Shown: in pieces, positions 45,387 to 54,356 of the stretch | How positions within the stretch are numbered: the stretch's first letter is position 1 | Layout of the letters: each line of letters begins with the position of its first letter | Source of the DNA: Deinococcales bacterium | GTDB taxonomy: Bacteria; Deinococcota; Deinococci; Deinococcales; JAAFIG01 | Direction of reading: 5' to 3' | NCBI GenBank assembly: GCA_013298185.1 | Contig: JAAFJQ010000002.1 | Location: forward strand, 9,591 to 73,590 | DNA length: 64,000 bases | Notes under the pieces: model-generated | Database searches by the model: none | What the model saw: the letters and a program-made list of their open reading frames with translations, nothing else | What the model was told of the DNA's origin: nothing | Program-made: the position numbers and the translations under genes

Positions 45387-45437
45387 AGCGGCGCAGATTC
45401 AGGCTTTGACCTCGAGATGCGCCGCTATTTTTGTTTT
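45387..45437 (+). terminator. Hairpin AGCGGCGCA-N22-TGCGCCGCT followed by ATTTTTGTTTTG
   Basis: Arms 45387-45395 and 45418-45426, then a T-rich run. Lies 32 nt after the peptide stop. Confidence 0.55.
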
Positions 45438-45616
45438 GTGCTGCACTTAAATGACGAGTTGATTTGAAAAAAATTGAGCTTATCGCCGTTTCTGTGATGC
45501 ACCACTTCTCGAGGCTCGAGGGAGCGCCCTAGTTTCTGCTCGGCGGCTAAGCGGTGGGCATAACGGGGGTTCTGACCGCGTTCTGGACTGTGGATCCGAG
45601 TTCGTTTGTACCTCAT
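45425..45616 (-). pseudogene. 5' fragment of an HNH endonuclease gene (first ~45 codons homologous to 12004-12279, then unrelated tail)
   Basis: MRYKRTRIHSPERGQNPRYAHRLAAEQKLGRSLEPREVVHHRNGDKL matches the intact copy. Homology ends after GDKL. Confidence 0.8.
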
Positions 45617-45619
45617 GAT

Positions 45620-45985
45620 TTACACCGTTTTGGAATGAATGAGCTGATGGTTTGGGATGGCATGTTGAAGGGATTGAATGGCTTGTGGGCTTAGGTGCTG
45701 GACACGTAAATAATCTTTGATGTTGGGGTCTGTTTTGATGTAACACTTGAGTTCTTCTTGTACTTCGGTAGGCAATTGAGCGCGAAACTCAAAACCCAAA
45801 TCAGTCAGCAGGAGTTCGCTGTAGTGGAGTACCTGAAATGCCCAGTCTGAGTCAAACCAGTACATCATGCAAGACGCACCCCCCGGTGAGTTTTTGGTGG
45901 GTGTTTTAGAAACCAAGTAAATGAAAGTTGGGTTTTGTTCCAACTGGTTTGATTCGTAGAATGCGCCCACTTGAGCTTGAAGCAT
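45620..45985 (-). CDS. Hypothetical 121-aa protein, tightly coupled (3-nt gap) to the HNH fragment
   Basis: ORF only; no recognised motif. Confidence 0.4.
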   Translation of the reverse strand: MLQAQVGAFYESNQLEQNPTFIYLVSKTPTKNSPGGASCMMYWFDSDWAFQVLHYSELLLTDLGFEFRAQLPTEVQEELKCYIKTDPNIKDYLRVQHLSPQAIQSLQHAIPNHQLIHSKTV

Positions 45986-45994
45986 GGTCTTATT

Positions 45995-46627
45995 CTACAA
46001 CCCTGCACTTTGTTTTGCTGCATTATTTGCTGGTGGTTTTGACATGACAGTCCGAACAAGGCTTTGTATTTGTACGGCGTTGACACCATTTTTGAGGCGC
46101 ACAAGTGGCAGCCTGACAGCTTCAAAAGCAGCGTCTTTGGTAGCATCTCGAGTACGTTGTTTTTCTAAAGTGTGGCTCCAGCCATCGAGTTCAATAATAA
46201 AAAGTGGTTGGTGGGTCTGGGCATTGACCACCAAGAAATCGAGGTGCATTCCTCGCAAACGATTCAGGGTTTGTAAACGTGCTGCACCTACGGGGTCAAT
46301 CACATCAAGCACCCGAACCTTTGGGAAGACTCGGTATTCGGTATCTGCAAGGGCTTGCTCGAGCAGCAAAAAGGCTTGGCTTTCTGCATTGGTGAAAAAC
46401 CGCGATCTGAGTTTGACCTCGAGCTGGCTGGTGGCTCGAGCTGGTGAATTGTAGGTTTGGGGTGTTGGGGTTTGCCTGTCTGGTTCGGCATACGAGTAAG
46501 AAGAATTCTCGAGTCGGCTTGACGGCTTTTTCTTTCTTGCCCGATAAACAAAAAAAGCAACCACGGCAGCCCAGAACAAGATGCCAAACCAATTTTTAAT
46601 GAGGTAGTCCATGCTCCAAACTAGCAC
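45995..46627 (-). CDS. Membrane-anchored DUF2726 (restriction-endonuclease-like fold) protein
   Basis: N-terminal TM WFGILFWAAVVAFFVY. FFTNAESQAFLLLEQAL...RVFPKVRVLDVI...HLDFLVV...IIELDGWSH...RD is typical of DUF2726. Confidence 0.65.
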   Translation of the reverse strand: MLVWSMDYLIKNWFGILFWAAVVAFFVYRARKKKPSSRLENSSYSYAEPDRQTPTPQTYNSPARATSQLEVKLRSRFFTNAESQAFLLLEQALADTEYRVFPKVRVLDVIDPVGAARLQTLNRLRGMHLDFLVVNAQTHQPLFIIELDGWSHTLEKQRTRDATKDAAFEAVRLPLVRLKNGVNAVQIQSLVRTVMSKPPANNAAKQSAGL

Positions 46628-46648
46628 GGGATTTTTTTGAGTCTGGGT

Positions 46649-47179
46649 TTATCGCCACAAGCCGCGTTTTGCTGCTCGAGCTTCGCGGCTGGCGGCTAGG
46701 ATTTGCTCGGCGTATCGGACATTTGGCGGGATGGTGAGTGGATCGGCATAGCCTGCTCGAGCAATTTCAACACTCGAGTTCTTGCCATTCACAAGCAAGT
46801 AAGCAAGGTTGCGCTGGTAACGGTCTGTACGTTGTACATCCCATTCAATCGTGACGGTTTTGTTCTCGAGCAAGGATTTGGTGAATGCCTTAGCGCGTTT
46901 ACCTTCAGCCACAATGCTGTCTAAGCTCTGTCCTGTCCGAGCTGCAATTGATTTGGCGCGAGCGTTGCGGCGCGATTCTGGGGTGTCTATGCCGATGAGC
47001 CTAAAGTTCTCTTTGAAGCCCTCGAGATGCACGGTGTCGCCGTCTATGATTCGGGTGACTTTGGCGATTTGGACTTGCTGCGCGTTTGCGGGTTGGAGTG
47101 CTGTCACGAGCTGGTACATGGCTGCACCGATGAGCAATGGAACAGCGAAAATAAGCTGTATTTGCAAACGATTCTTCAT
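46649..47179 (-). CDS. Exported staphylococcal-nuclease (thermonuclease/SNase) family protein
   Basis: Signal/anchor MKNRLQIQLIFAVPLLIGAAMY. IIDGDTVHL...RLIGIDTPE; RYQRNLAYL. Confidence 0.8.
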   Translation of the reverse strand: MKNRLQIQLIFAVPLLIGAAMYQLVTALQPANAQQVQIAKVTRIIDGDTVHLEGFKENFRLIGIDTPESRRNARAKSIAARTGQSLDSIVAEGKRAKAFTKSLLENKTVTIEWDVQRTDRYQRNLAYLLVNGKNSSVEIARAGYADPLTIPPNVRYAEQILAASREARAAKRGLWR

Positions 47180-47250
47180 GATTGACCTCTTAATTCTGTG
47201 AAATTCCCGCTTTGAATGCAGGAATTTCGCATTTTTGATAGAATGAATAC

Positions 47251-48438
47251 ATGGTTACTCGAGAAAAATTATTGGCTCGGATACGCACCGCCCTAAGTCG
47301 CAGTAAAGCCGTGGCATTGGTAGGACCTCGGCAAGTTGGTAAGACCACATTGGCTCGAGCTTTTTTACCCACTAAACATCCCAATTACTTTGACCTCGAG
47401 AACCCAGTGGCACAAGTGCGTTTACAAGAACCAATGACCGCACTCGAGCCGTTAAAAGGCTTGGTGGTGATTGACGAAGTTCAACTTGCTCCCAATCTTT
47501 TTCCTGTCTTGCGGGTTTTAATGGATGATAAACCAGATAACGGACAATTCTTAATTCTAGGCAGTGCCAGCCCCAAATTATTACAGCAAAGCAGCGAATC
47601 TTTGTTGGGACGAATAGAAGTGATTGAGGTGAGCGGTTTTGACATGGAGGAAGTTCCTGACCTTGAGATGCTTTGGCGACGCGGTGGCTATCCACTTTCG
47701 TATTTAGCCAGCAGTGAAGAGAACAGTTTGCAGTGGCGTAGAAATGCGGTCAACCGTTTTGTAGAACAAGACTTAACCCAATTGGGCATTAATGTTGCCA
47801 GTCCTGCAATGCTGCGTTTCTGGACGATGCTGGCGCATTACCACGGTCAAATCTGGAATGCAGCCGAACCAGCGCGGTCTTTAGGGGTCAATGAAAGCAC
47901 CGTTCGGCGCTACTTAGACACACTGACCCAAACCTACATGGTGCGGCAATTACAACCTTGGTTTGAGAACCTTGGTAAACGCCAAGTCAAACACCCTAAA
48001 ATATATTTTTCTGACACGGGTTTACTCCATTATTTACTGGGGATTCGCCAAGCTGATGATTTACTGGTTCATCCACGGCTAGGCGCATCGTGGGAAGGCT
48101 TTGCGCTCGAGCAGGTGATACGGCGGATTCAACCCGACCAAGCCTATTTTTGGTCTACCCACAGTGGCGCAGAATTGGATTTATTGCTCTTCAAGGACGG
48201 GAAGCGATTAGGCTTTGAATTTAAGCGCGGCGATGCGCCAAAACTCACCGCTTCGATGCGAACTTCTTTTGAGGTTTTAGAACTAACGAGTTTACAAGTG
48301 ATTTACCCCGGTGAGATTGCGTACCCATTGGGCGAGATTGCCACAGCCATGCCCCTAAAGCAATTCGGACTCGAGCAAGACAGTCTTGAGGCAAGGCAGG
48401 CTTTGGTCAAGGTTTCGTTGCCTCCTCGAGCAAAGTGA
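47251..48438 (+). CDS. AAA+ ATPase with C-terminal DUF4143
   Basis: Walker A GPRQVGKTT, Walker B VVIDEVQ. C-terminal GASWEGFALEQV pattern. Confidence 0.75.
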   Translation: MVTREKLLARIRTALSRSKAVALVGPRQVGKTTLARAFLPTKHPNYFDLENPVAQVRLQEPMTALEPLKGLVVIDEVQLAPNLFPVLRVLMDDKPDNGQFLILGSASPKLLQQSSESLLGRIEVIEVSGFDMEEVPDLEMLWRRGGYPLSYLASSEENSLQWRRNAVNRFVEQDLTQLGINVASPAMLRFWTMLAHYHGQIWNAAEPARSLGVNESTVRRYLDTLTQTYMVRQLQPWFENLGKRQVKHPKIYFSDTGLLHYLLGIRQADDLLVHPRLGASWEGFALEQVIRRIQPDQAYFWSTHSGAELDLLLFKDGKRLGFEFKRGDAPKLTASMRTSFEVLELTSLQVIYPGEIAYPLGEIATAMPLKQFGLEQDSLEARQALVKVSLPPRAK

Positions 48439-50059
48439 TCTCGAGATTGACACCTTTAGCGGTGACACCACGCACTCGCACTTCTGAGACAAGGGCTTTG
48501 AATGGAGATTTCACCCATTGCTTCTCGAGCGTGCTGTCTGATTGGGCTACTGCGGTTTGAATGGTCAGTTCGGCTTTTTGAATCGTGGTCTCGAGGTGGG
48601 ATTTCTCGCCTGTGTACCGCGATAATTCACGCAGTTGCTCGGCTTTGGTGTCGCGCAGCTTGGCTTGGGCGGCACTGAGTTTGACTCGAGGCTCTGCCCC
48701 TGCACCCACAAGGTACTCGAGGCGTGAGACTTCGGTCTGAGCCGCTTTGATACGCTCCTCGAGCGTGGGTTGGTACGCCACAAACCCCACCCGAAGGCGC
48801 TCGAGGTCAGCTCTACTTTGGGCTACCGTGGCTTTGGCGGTACTGACACGGGCTTTGACTTCCTCGAGGGCGGCATCGTTCACATAACGCGCTAAAGGCT
48901 GACCAGAGACGACTCTATCGCCCGGCTTGACCACCAGACCCGCGATTGATGGCAGATTGGGAATGGGTAGGACATGGGTTCTGGCTCTGGCTTGTTGTTG
49001 AAACTCCAAAGCATCCATGATGCGTTCACCCGGTTTGTACTCGATTCGCACCCGAGCAGTACCGCGATTGATGAAAGCATTCTCTAAACCAAAGAAGTCA
49101 TCTACATGGGCTGAGCGAGCTTGTAACTCGAGGTTGATGCTGGTCACGCGCTTATACCGACCAACACGCGGCGGGGCTGGGAAGGTACGCTCGAGGGTCT
49201 GGAAATTGGCGGTGATCCAGACCCGTTGGCTTCTGGGTAGGGAGTTCAGCAAATCGGATAAGGTACGCCCTGACATTTCCAAGTCATATTCTCGAGCGGT
49301 GACAGGTTCGCCTTTGACACTGAAAATACGGTACGTCGTGAGCTGCGCTCCTCTGGTGATACCAGTGGCGAGCGCTGCGCCCGTTGCATCTTCGACGATC
49401 AGACCTTCTTTAGAAAGAATATCCACCACTTTGAAACGCCCTTGAACGCTTTGCTGAGTTTCGGTGTTAAAGCCTTCGATGTCGGCGAAGACTTCAAACT
49501 TATCTCGAAGCTCGAGGTAATCCGCCACCACACCAGAAGGTGTGCCGAGCCATCGGTTAAAGGCGAAGCTAAAGCCTTCTGTACTGGTTGGCAGGATAAT
49601 CAGTGCCGCCAGTGCAAACCCAAGCGCCCATTGCCATTCGGCTGGGCTGCCATACGGAACACGCCAGCGCCGATTGGAGATAAACCAGAACTGCAACCGA
49701 CTGGGATAAAGCAGTGGTACACCGATGATGTTCATGGTGTCCAGAATCAGGTGAGACGCAAAGCCAAGCAGCAGGTAAAAGTACACACCAGGCATGGCTC
49801 GAGCCAACGGAAAAGCACAGGCGGCGAGGATTGCCATACCAAGCAGACTATGGGTGATGGTGCGATGCCCAAAACGACGCTCGAGGAATCTCGAGACTGG
49901 TTTAACGAACTTCCCAAGCCCTGATTGAGTGGTGTCAATGTCTGGCAGGATAGACCCAAACGCCAGCGCCGCCGCGCTGATTGGTTCGAGCGGCTGACCC
50001 GTGCCTTGGGCAATCACTCCGCACAGGGCAGCAAAAGCAACGTGAGTTCCTGCGATCAT
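48407..50059 (-). CDS. Fusion protein: N-terminal DUF457 (YdjM-type membrane metal-dependent hydrolase) + unknown beta-rich region + C-terminal HlyD/membrane-fusion-protein-like module
   Basis: DUF457-like THVAFAAL...GSILPDIDT...HRTITHSLL...SHLILDTMN. MFP-like lipoyl motif GLVVKPGDRVVSGQPLARYVND, a long coiled coil, and WVKSPFKALVSEVRVRGVTAKG. Confidence 0.6.
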   Translation of the reverse strand: MIAGTHVAFAALCGVIAQGTGQPLEPISAAALAFGSILPDIDTTQSGLGKFVKPVSRFLERRFGHRTITHSLLGMAILAACAFPLARAMPGVYFYLLLGFASHLILDTMNIIGVPLLYPSRLQFWFISNRRWRVPYGSPAEWQWALGFALAALIILPTSTEGFSFAFNRWLGTPSGVVADYLELRDKFEVFADIEGFNTETQQSVQGRFKVVDILSKEGLIVEDATGAALATGITRGAQLTTYRIFSVKGEPVTAREYDLEMSGRTLSDLLNSLPRSQRVWITANFQTLERTFPAPPRVGRYKRVTSINLELQARSAHVDDFFGLENAFINRGTARVRIEYKPGERIMDALEFQQQARARTHVLPIPNLPSIAGLVVKPGDRVVSGQPLARYVNDAALEEVKARVSTAKATVAQSRADLERLRVGFVAYQPTLEERIKAAQTEVSRLEYLVGAGAEPRVKLSAAQAKLRDTKAEQLRELSRYTGEKSHLETTIQKAELTIQTAVAQSDSTLEKQWVKSPFKALVSEVRVRGVTAKGVNLEITLLEEATKP

Positions 50060-50071
50060 TTCAATGCTCCT

Positions 50072-50704
50072 CTAGCAGAACGTCCATGCGGTTTTGCGTT
50101 TGACTTTGACTTTGGCGGGTTTGCTGTTTTGAATCACTCGAGTTTGCCCTGTTTGCACCCACACCTTTTTAGTACCTTGAACTTGCTGTTCAAATTCAAA
50201 TTCTGTTCTTGTGTAGGTGGTGGTGAACTCCTCATACGTGGCACAAGCAGACTTTGAACCTGAGTAGGTCGGTGGGACGGTCACATCTGCACCACTGGCA
50301 CTGGCGGTTTTGGAACTGAACATATAGCCCGTGCTGGATTTGATTTTGAGTTTGTAATACCCGCCAGCCGTGATGTTGAAGGTACTGGTGATGCGCTTGA
50401 CTTCTGTGTTGGTCAGGGTGATGGTTTTATCGGTCTTACCTTTCTTCCATTTCTTCTGCCCTGTGACAGTTAAGACAGCCGCCTCGAGGGTGTCATCTGT
50501 CCAATCCGTGTCGTCTATTTCATTGGCTGGGGTGCTGCCTTCTGAACTGGTGTCGAGGACCGCATCTGGCTCGAGTGTGCCGTCTAAGCTCGAGCGGTCT
50601 TGGGTGATGGTGACTTCGGTGGCGATTTGGTCGCCGTCTTCGTCGAGCAGATTTGGTGCAGCACAGGCTGCAAAAAAGAGTGTGATTAACAAGAGTTTTT
50701 TCAT
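50072..50704 (-). CDS. Lipoprotein, unknown function
   Basis: Start ATG 50704 (MKKLLLITLFFAAC lipobox), 7 nt after the upstream stop. Acidic, Thr-rich. Confidence 0.55.
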   Translation of the reverse strand: MKKLLLITLFFAACAAPNLLDEDGDQIATEVTITQDRSSLDGTLEPDAVLDTSSEGSTPANEIDDTDWTDDTLEAAVLTVTGQKKWKKGKTDKTITLTNTEVKRITSTFNITAGGYYKLKIKSSTGYMFSSKTASASGADVTVPPTYSGSKSACATYEEFTTTYTRTEFEFEQQVQGTKKVWVQTGQTRVIQNSKPAKVKVKRKTAWTFC

Positions 50705-50711
50705 GATTTCC

Positions 50712-52697
50712 TTACCAAGACCAATCCTGAAAGATGTAGTTATTGCTGGTGTTGGCATCTTCGCCCACGGTGTAGAAATAACCTGCCATAGAAGCATTGG
50801 GATTGGTTTCGGCTGTGACTGTGGTTAGGGTTATGGTTTTTTGTTGCCCAGCCGCAAGGCTGATACCAACGCACTCAAAAGCACGTCCGTCGGAGCTGCT
50901 GCAACTTGGGTCACTGCTCGAGAATGTGGCTGCTCCAGAGTAGTACAGCTCTAAATCAGCTGTGCCAGCTTCTGCGCCTGTGTTGCTGAGGGTAATCAGG
51001 TGCTTTGCTCCAACCGCTTGGCTGGCTGGGTCGGGGTCGCTCGAGAGACTGATGGATAAGTCTGCGGCTGGGTAAGTGGCGCTGAGTTGCACAGAGTTGT
51101 TGTTGTAATTGGACTCGAGGGTATTGGTGTAAATCGAAAAGTAATACGTGACATTGGCAGCCGTTTCTTCTTGCTCTGTGGTTAGCGTGACCACTCGAGT
51201 TTCATTACCTGCGATTGTGCCAAGGTCGCAGTAAGAATCTTGGTTGAGGCAACCAGTGTAAACACGCTGGACACTCGAGCCGCCGTCAAACAAGCGGGTG
51301 TTCAAAGCTGGGTTGCTTGAGTTATTCGTGACGGTTAGCGTAAAAACCTGACCCGCATTTTGTTGTGGTGGGCTAGGGTTGGATGACAGACTGACACTGA
51401 CATCCGCAAAGGTGGCGGGGTCTGGTTCAAAAGTAACGCTGGTGGCATCTTGGTTATTCCACACTGGGTCAAGGTCAGAACCACCGTAGACCGCCGCAAA
51501 GAGTTGAATGGTTTCTTGGTAGGTGGTGAAGACCGTCCAAGTCATACTAAAACTGGCATTGGGTGCAATTGGTGGGACAACGCAAGCATAGGTATAATTG
51601 GTGTGCTTAAAACCGCAATTACTGGGGGCTTGGGTGTCGGCAAGTTGTCGGTACATCTGAAAAAACATAGCTCTGGTGGTGCTGGTACTCGAGCCACGAT
51701 TGGTGATGATGAGTTGCAGTGGGGTGAGCTGATTCGATGTGGCTTGAGTTGGTGCAAGCCATTTGACTTCAAGGTTGGCTCGAGTTGGTGCATAAGTTGG
51801 TAGGTTGGCAACCAAAGTGTTGTTGCTGAGGTTGGTTTCAGTCGCGGTGCTGGTGTACGTGACACTGAGCGGCACAGTTTCGAGGGTATCCGGCACATCG
51901 AAAGTCAGGGCTAAGCTGATGACATTCGGAGGCGGTACGCCAGCCATATTGAAGTAAAATCCACCAACGCAGCTCAGACCATCGGGAATCTCGAGACACT
52001 GGGCATTCCATAAGGGCGGTGAGAATTGAAAGTTACTCGCACCAGGCATGGAGATGGTCAGGGTTTCAGTACCAATGGGATTCTGCGGGTTCTGAGGACG
52101 AGTCAGACGCAAAGAAAGGCTCTGCCCGTAATTTCGGTACAGCTTGGTATTACCGCCCAAGGTTATGGCAAGGTCAATTGGGGGTACATCTGGGCAAATT
52201 GGCTCGAGGGACTGGCGTTTGAAGTTCGTACCTAGACTGGTGGTGACATCGAAGGTGATTTGCACACAAGGGCGCTCAGTCGATTTGACTTGAGGGGTTC
52301 GTAGCAATGCACCAAGGTTATTGATGGCGGCTGTGGTGGTGTAAGGCTGCCCTGTGACGTAATTGGTCAGCGGTTCTCGAGTGATGCCATCCAAATACGT
52401 CAGGGTAGCCGTACCAGCCACTTGAACTTTAGAACTGGCAATGACGGTAATCACTGATTTGGTCTTGAATGTACCCGCATCCAAGGCTGCACCAAACCGC
52501 AACCTGACTTCAGGCATGGTGATAACAACATTCTGCAAGCCAAGCCGATTATCCGAAACTGTTTTGATACCTCGAGCCGTCAAAGACAAAGTGCGCCAAG
52601 TAAACGCACCATCGGGCAGTTGCGTATCCTCGAGCAGCACAGGTGCTTGAGAACACGCAAAGAACGCCAAGCAAAGCATGAGGAAAAGGTTTTTCAT
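50712..52697 (-). CDS. Large surface lipoprotein with DUF11/CARDB-like beta-sandwich repeats
   Basis: Start ATG 52697 (MKNLFLMLCLAFFAC lipobox). Repeats of the type ADVSVSLSS...GQVFTLTVTNNSSNPALNT and ADLSISLSS...HLITLSNTGAEAGT. Confidence 0.6.
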   Translation of the reverse strand: MKNLFLMLCLAFFACSQAPVLLEDTQLPDGAFTWRTLSLTARGIKTVSDNRLGLQNVVITMPEVRLRFGAALDAGTFKTKSVITVIASSKVQVAGTATLTYLDGITREPLTNYVTGQPYTTTAAINNLGALLRTPQVKSTERPCVQITFDVTTSLGTNFKRQSLEPICPDVPPIDLAITLGGNTKLYRNYGQSLSLRLTRPQNPQNPIGTETLTISMPGASNFQFSPPLWNAQCLEIPDGLSCVGGFYFNMAGVPPPNVISLALTFDVPDTLETVPLSVTYTSTATETNLSNNTLVANLPTYAPTRANLEVKWLAPTQATSNQLTPLQLIITNRGSSTSTTRAMFFQMYRQLADTQAPSNCGFKHTNYTYACVVPPIAPNASFSMTWTVFTTYQETIQLFAAVYGGSDLDPVWNNQDATSVTFEPDPATFADVSVSLSSNPSPPQQNAGQVFTLTVTNNSSNPALNTRLFDGGSSVQRVYTGCLNQDSYCDLGTIAGNETRVVTLTTEQEETAANVTYYFSIYTNTLESNYNNNSVQLSATYPAADLSISLSSDPDPASQAVGAKHLITLSNTGAEAGTADLELYYSGAATFSSSDPSCSSSDGRAFECVGISLAAGQQKTITLTTVTAETNPNASMAGYFYTVGEDANTSNNYIFQDWSW

Positions 52698-52728
52698 AAG
52701 AAGAAAAGAGAAAAGGTTAAAGGTCAAA

Positions 52729-52768
52729 GAGGAAAGTGAAAGGCATGGTTTTCCTTTTCTCTTTCCTC
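52729..52768 (-). other. Intercistronic purine/pyrimidine-tract hairpin between the two DUF11 genes
   Basis: GAGGAAAGTGAAAGG (52729-52743) pairs imperfectly with CCTTTTCTCTTTCCTC (52753-52768). A TTTTCTCTTTCCTC unit is duplicated just downstream. Confidence 0.35.
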
Positions 52769-52787
52769 TTTTCTCTTTCCTCTGCTC

Positions 52788-54128
52788 TTACGGCTGTACG
52801 TCGCTCGAGACGCTGGTGTTATCGTTTCCGCTGCTCGAGTCTTCGGTCATGCTGCTTAACTCGGCAGTGACACCGACGATGCCAGTAACGCTTGGTGTGA
52901 CCACAAGCGGCAGGGTTAAGGTGGCTGCATTGGCGATGCTTGGCAGGGTGCAAGTGGTGATGTCACCTGTGTTGCTGCACGTCACGCCCGACAAGGTGGC
53001 ACTGCCAAAGGTCAGGCTGCTCGAGCGGTACAGGTTCAAGGTGCGCCCTGCGGTGCTGGCATCAGGTCCGGTGTTGGTAATGGCGATGCTGTAGGTGTAA
53101 CCAACTCCAACTTTTGGAGCTGGGCTGCTTGGTTGAGTGATACCAACAGCCAAGTCAGCACTGATGCTGGCAACGGGAGTGTTGGTGACACTGAAGTTGA
53201 CTGAACCCGAGTTATTGCTGTTAATGGGGTCAATGGTGGCGCTGCTGACCGTGGCTGGAATGGCAATACCACCAATGCTCGAGCCTTTGAAGGAGAGTTT
53301 GATGTCTTTCGAGGACTTGGAGAGTGTGGCAGCATTGCAGGTGATAAACGTGGTTGGGGTGGCGTTCGGGATGCAAGTAAAGAAGGGTTGAGTGGCATTT
53401 GAGCTTGGTGGGACGTACTCCAAGCCGTTGGGTACAGTCACCACAACACTGACATTGGTGGCTGCTTTGGGTCCGTTGTTCCGCACGACAAAGGTGGCTT
53501 GTTTAGCGCTGTTAATCGCAGCACTGATAGAACCCGCGCTGGTGACGGTCAGGTCAGCTACAGCGGGTGGTGGTTGCTTTTGGCAGAACGTGACTTTTTG
53601 GGTTTGGGCAAAAGAATACGCTGGGGTTGCGCCGCCAGTTGAGAGATTCCAAGTCACATCCACACAAAGCGCATCTGTGCCAACCACTTGAGAAGCAGCA
53701 TTGGCGATGTTGCCCGTGTAATTCGCTACGGCATCCCCTGTTTTGTTGCTCGAGACATTGGCAGTGGTGCTACCAAGGACTGTAGCGCTGTTGAGTCGGC
53801 GAGTCTCGAGGGTGACTGCACCTGTCATGGTGGTGGCGGTGTCATCCCATTTGAATGTGCCAGAAGCGATTTTCTCGAGTATACCAGCCGCGTTCTTCTG
53901 GTTTTTGATACGAAGGCGGACTTTTAGAGCTGGGACATCACCATCGGCTAGAAGTTGCAGATTTGATTGAGTCCGAAGAGCGCTCGAAGCTGCACCTGGG
54001 GCTTTAGCAGCAAAGAAGGTTAAGTCGGTGCTGTCATCCTCGAGTAATTCTGTGGTGCTTTGGGTGTTACAGGCGGCTAAGGTTGCTATGGCAACCAAGC
54101 CAAAAGCGATGAGTTTTTTCATGTTCAC
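52788..54128 (-). CDS. Surface lipoprotein with DUF11-type repeats
   Basis: Lipobox LVAIATLAAC. ADLTVTS...QATFVVRNNGPKAATNVSVVVTVPNGLEYV and ADLAVGITQ...YTYSIAITNTGPDAST. Confidence 0.65.
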   Translation of the reverse strand: MNMKKLIAFGLVAIATLAACNTQSTTELLEDDSTDLTFFAAKAPGAASSALRTQSNLQLLADGDVPALKVRLRIKNQKNAAGILEKIASGTFKWDDTATTMTGAVTLETRRLNSATVLGSTTANVSSNKTGDAVANYTGNIANAASQVVGTDALCVDVTWNLSTGGATPAYSFAQTQKVTFCQKQPPPAVADLTVTSAGSISAAINSAKQATFVVRNNGPKAATNVSVVVTVPNGLEYVPPSSNATQPFFTCIPNATPTTFITCNAATLSKSSKDIKLSFKGSSIGGIAIPATVSSATIDPINSNNSGSVNFSVTNTPVASISADLAVGITQPSSPAPKVGVGYTYSIAITNTGPDASTAGRTLNLYRSSSLTFGSATLSGVTCSNTGDITTCTLPSIANAATLTLPLVVTPSVTGIVGVTAELSSMTEDSSSGNDNTSVSSDVQP

Positions 54129-54356
54129 TCCATAAATGTAGAATTGAATGCGGAAACCGAATTGCCTTTTACGAGGGGATTCACTCCTTCCACCCGTCCC
54201 TTTTTCGCTTGCCGGCTGACAGGGGGCGGGGTTTTGATTTAACGAGCAATAAGTTGGCGGCGCTGAACAATTCCAGTGACACCGATGAGGTCAAGGTTAG
54301 CTGTGAAGGCGCTGGACTCGAGGGTTAAAGACACAATGTAAAACCTCTTTGCATAC

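Noticed and set aside
54129-54356. 228-bp gap inside the envelope operon with a GC-rich imperfect hairpin (CCCGCCCCCT...AGGGACGGG) and a possible 32-codon GTG ORF: riboswitch or small gene?
   Set aside because: I could not match any riboswitch consensus. The stem is imperfect. The short ORF has no RBS or recognisable features. The support is too weak to report as a feature.
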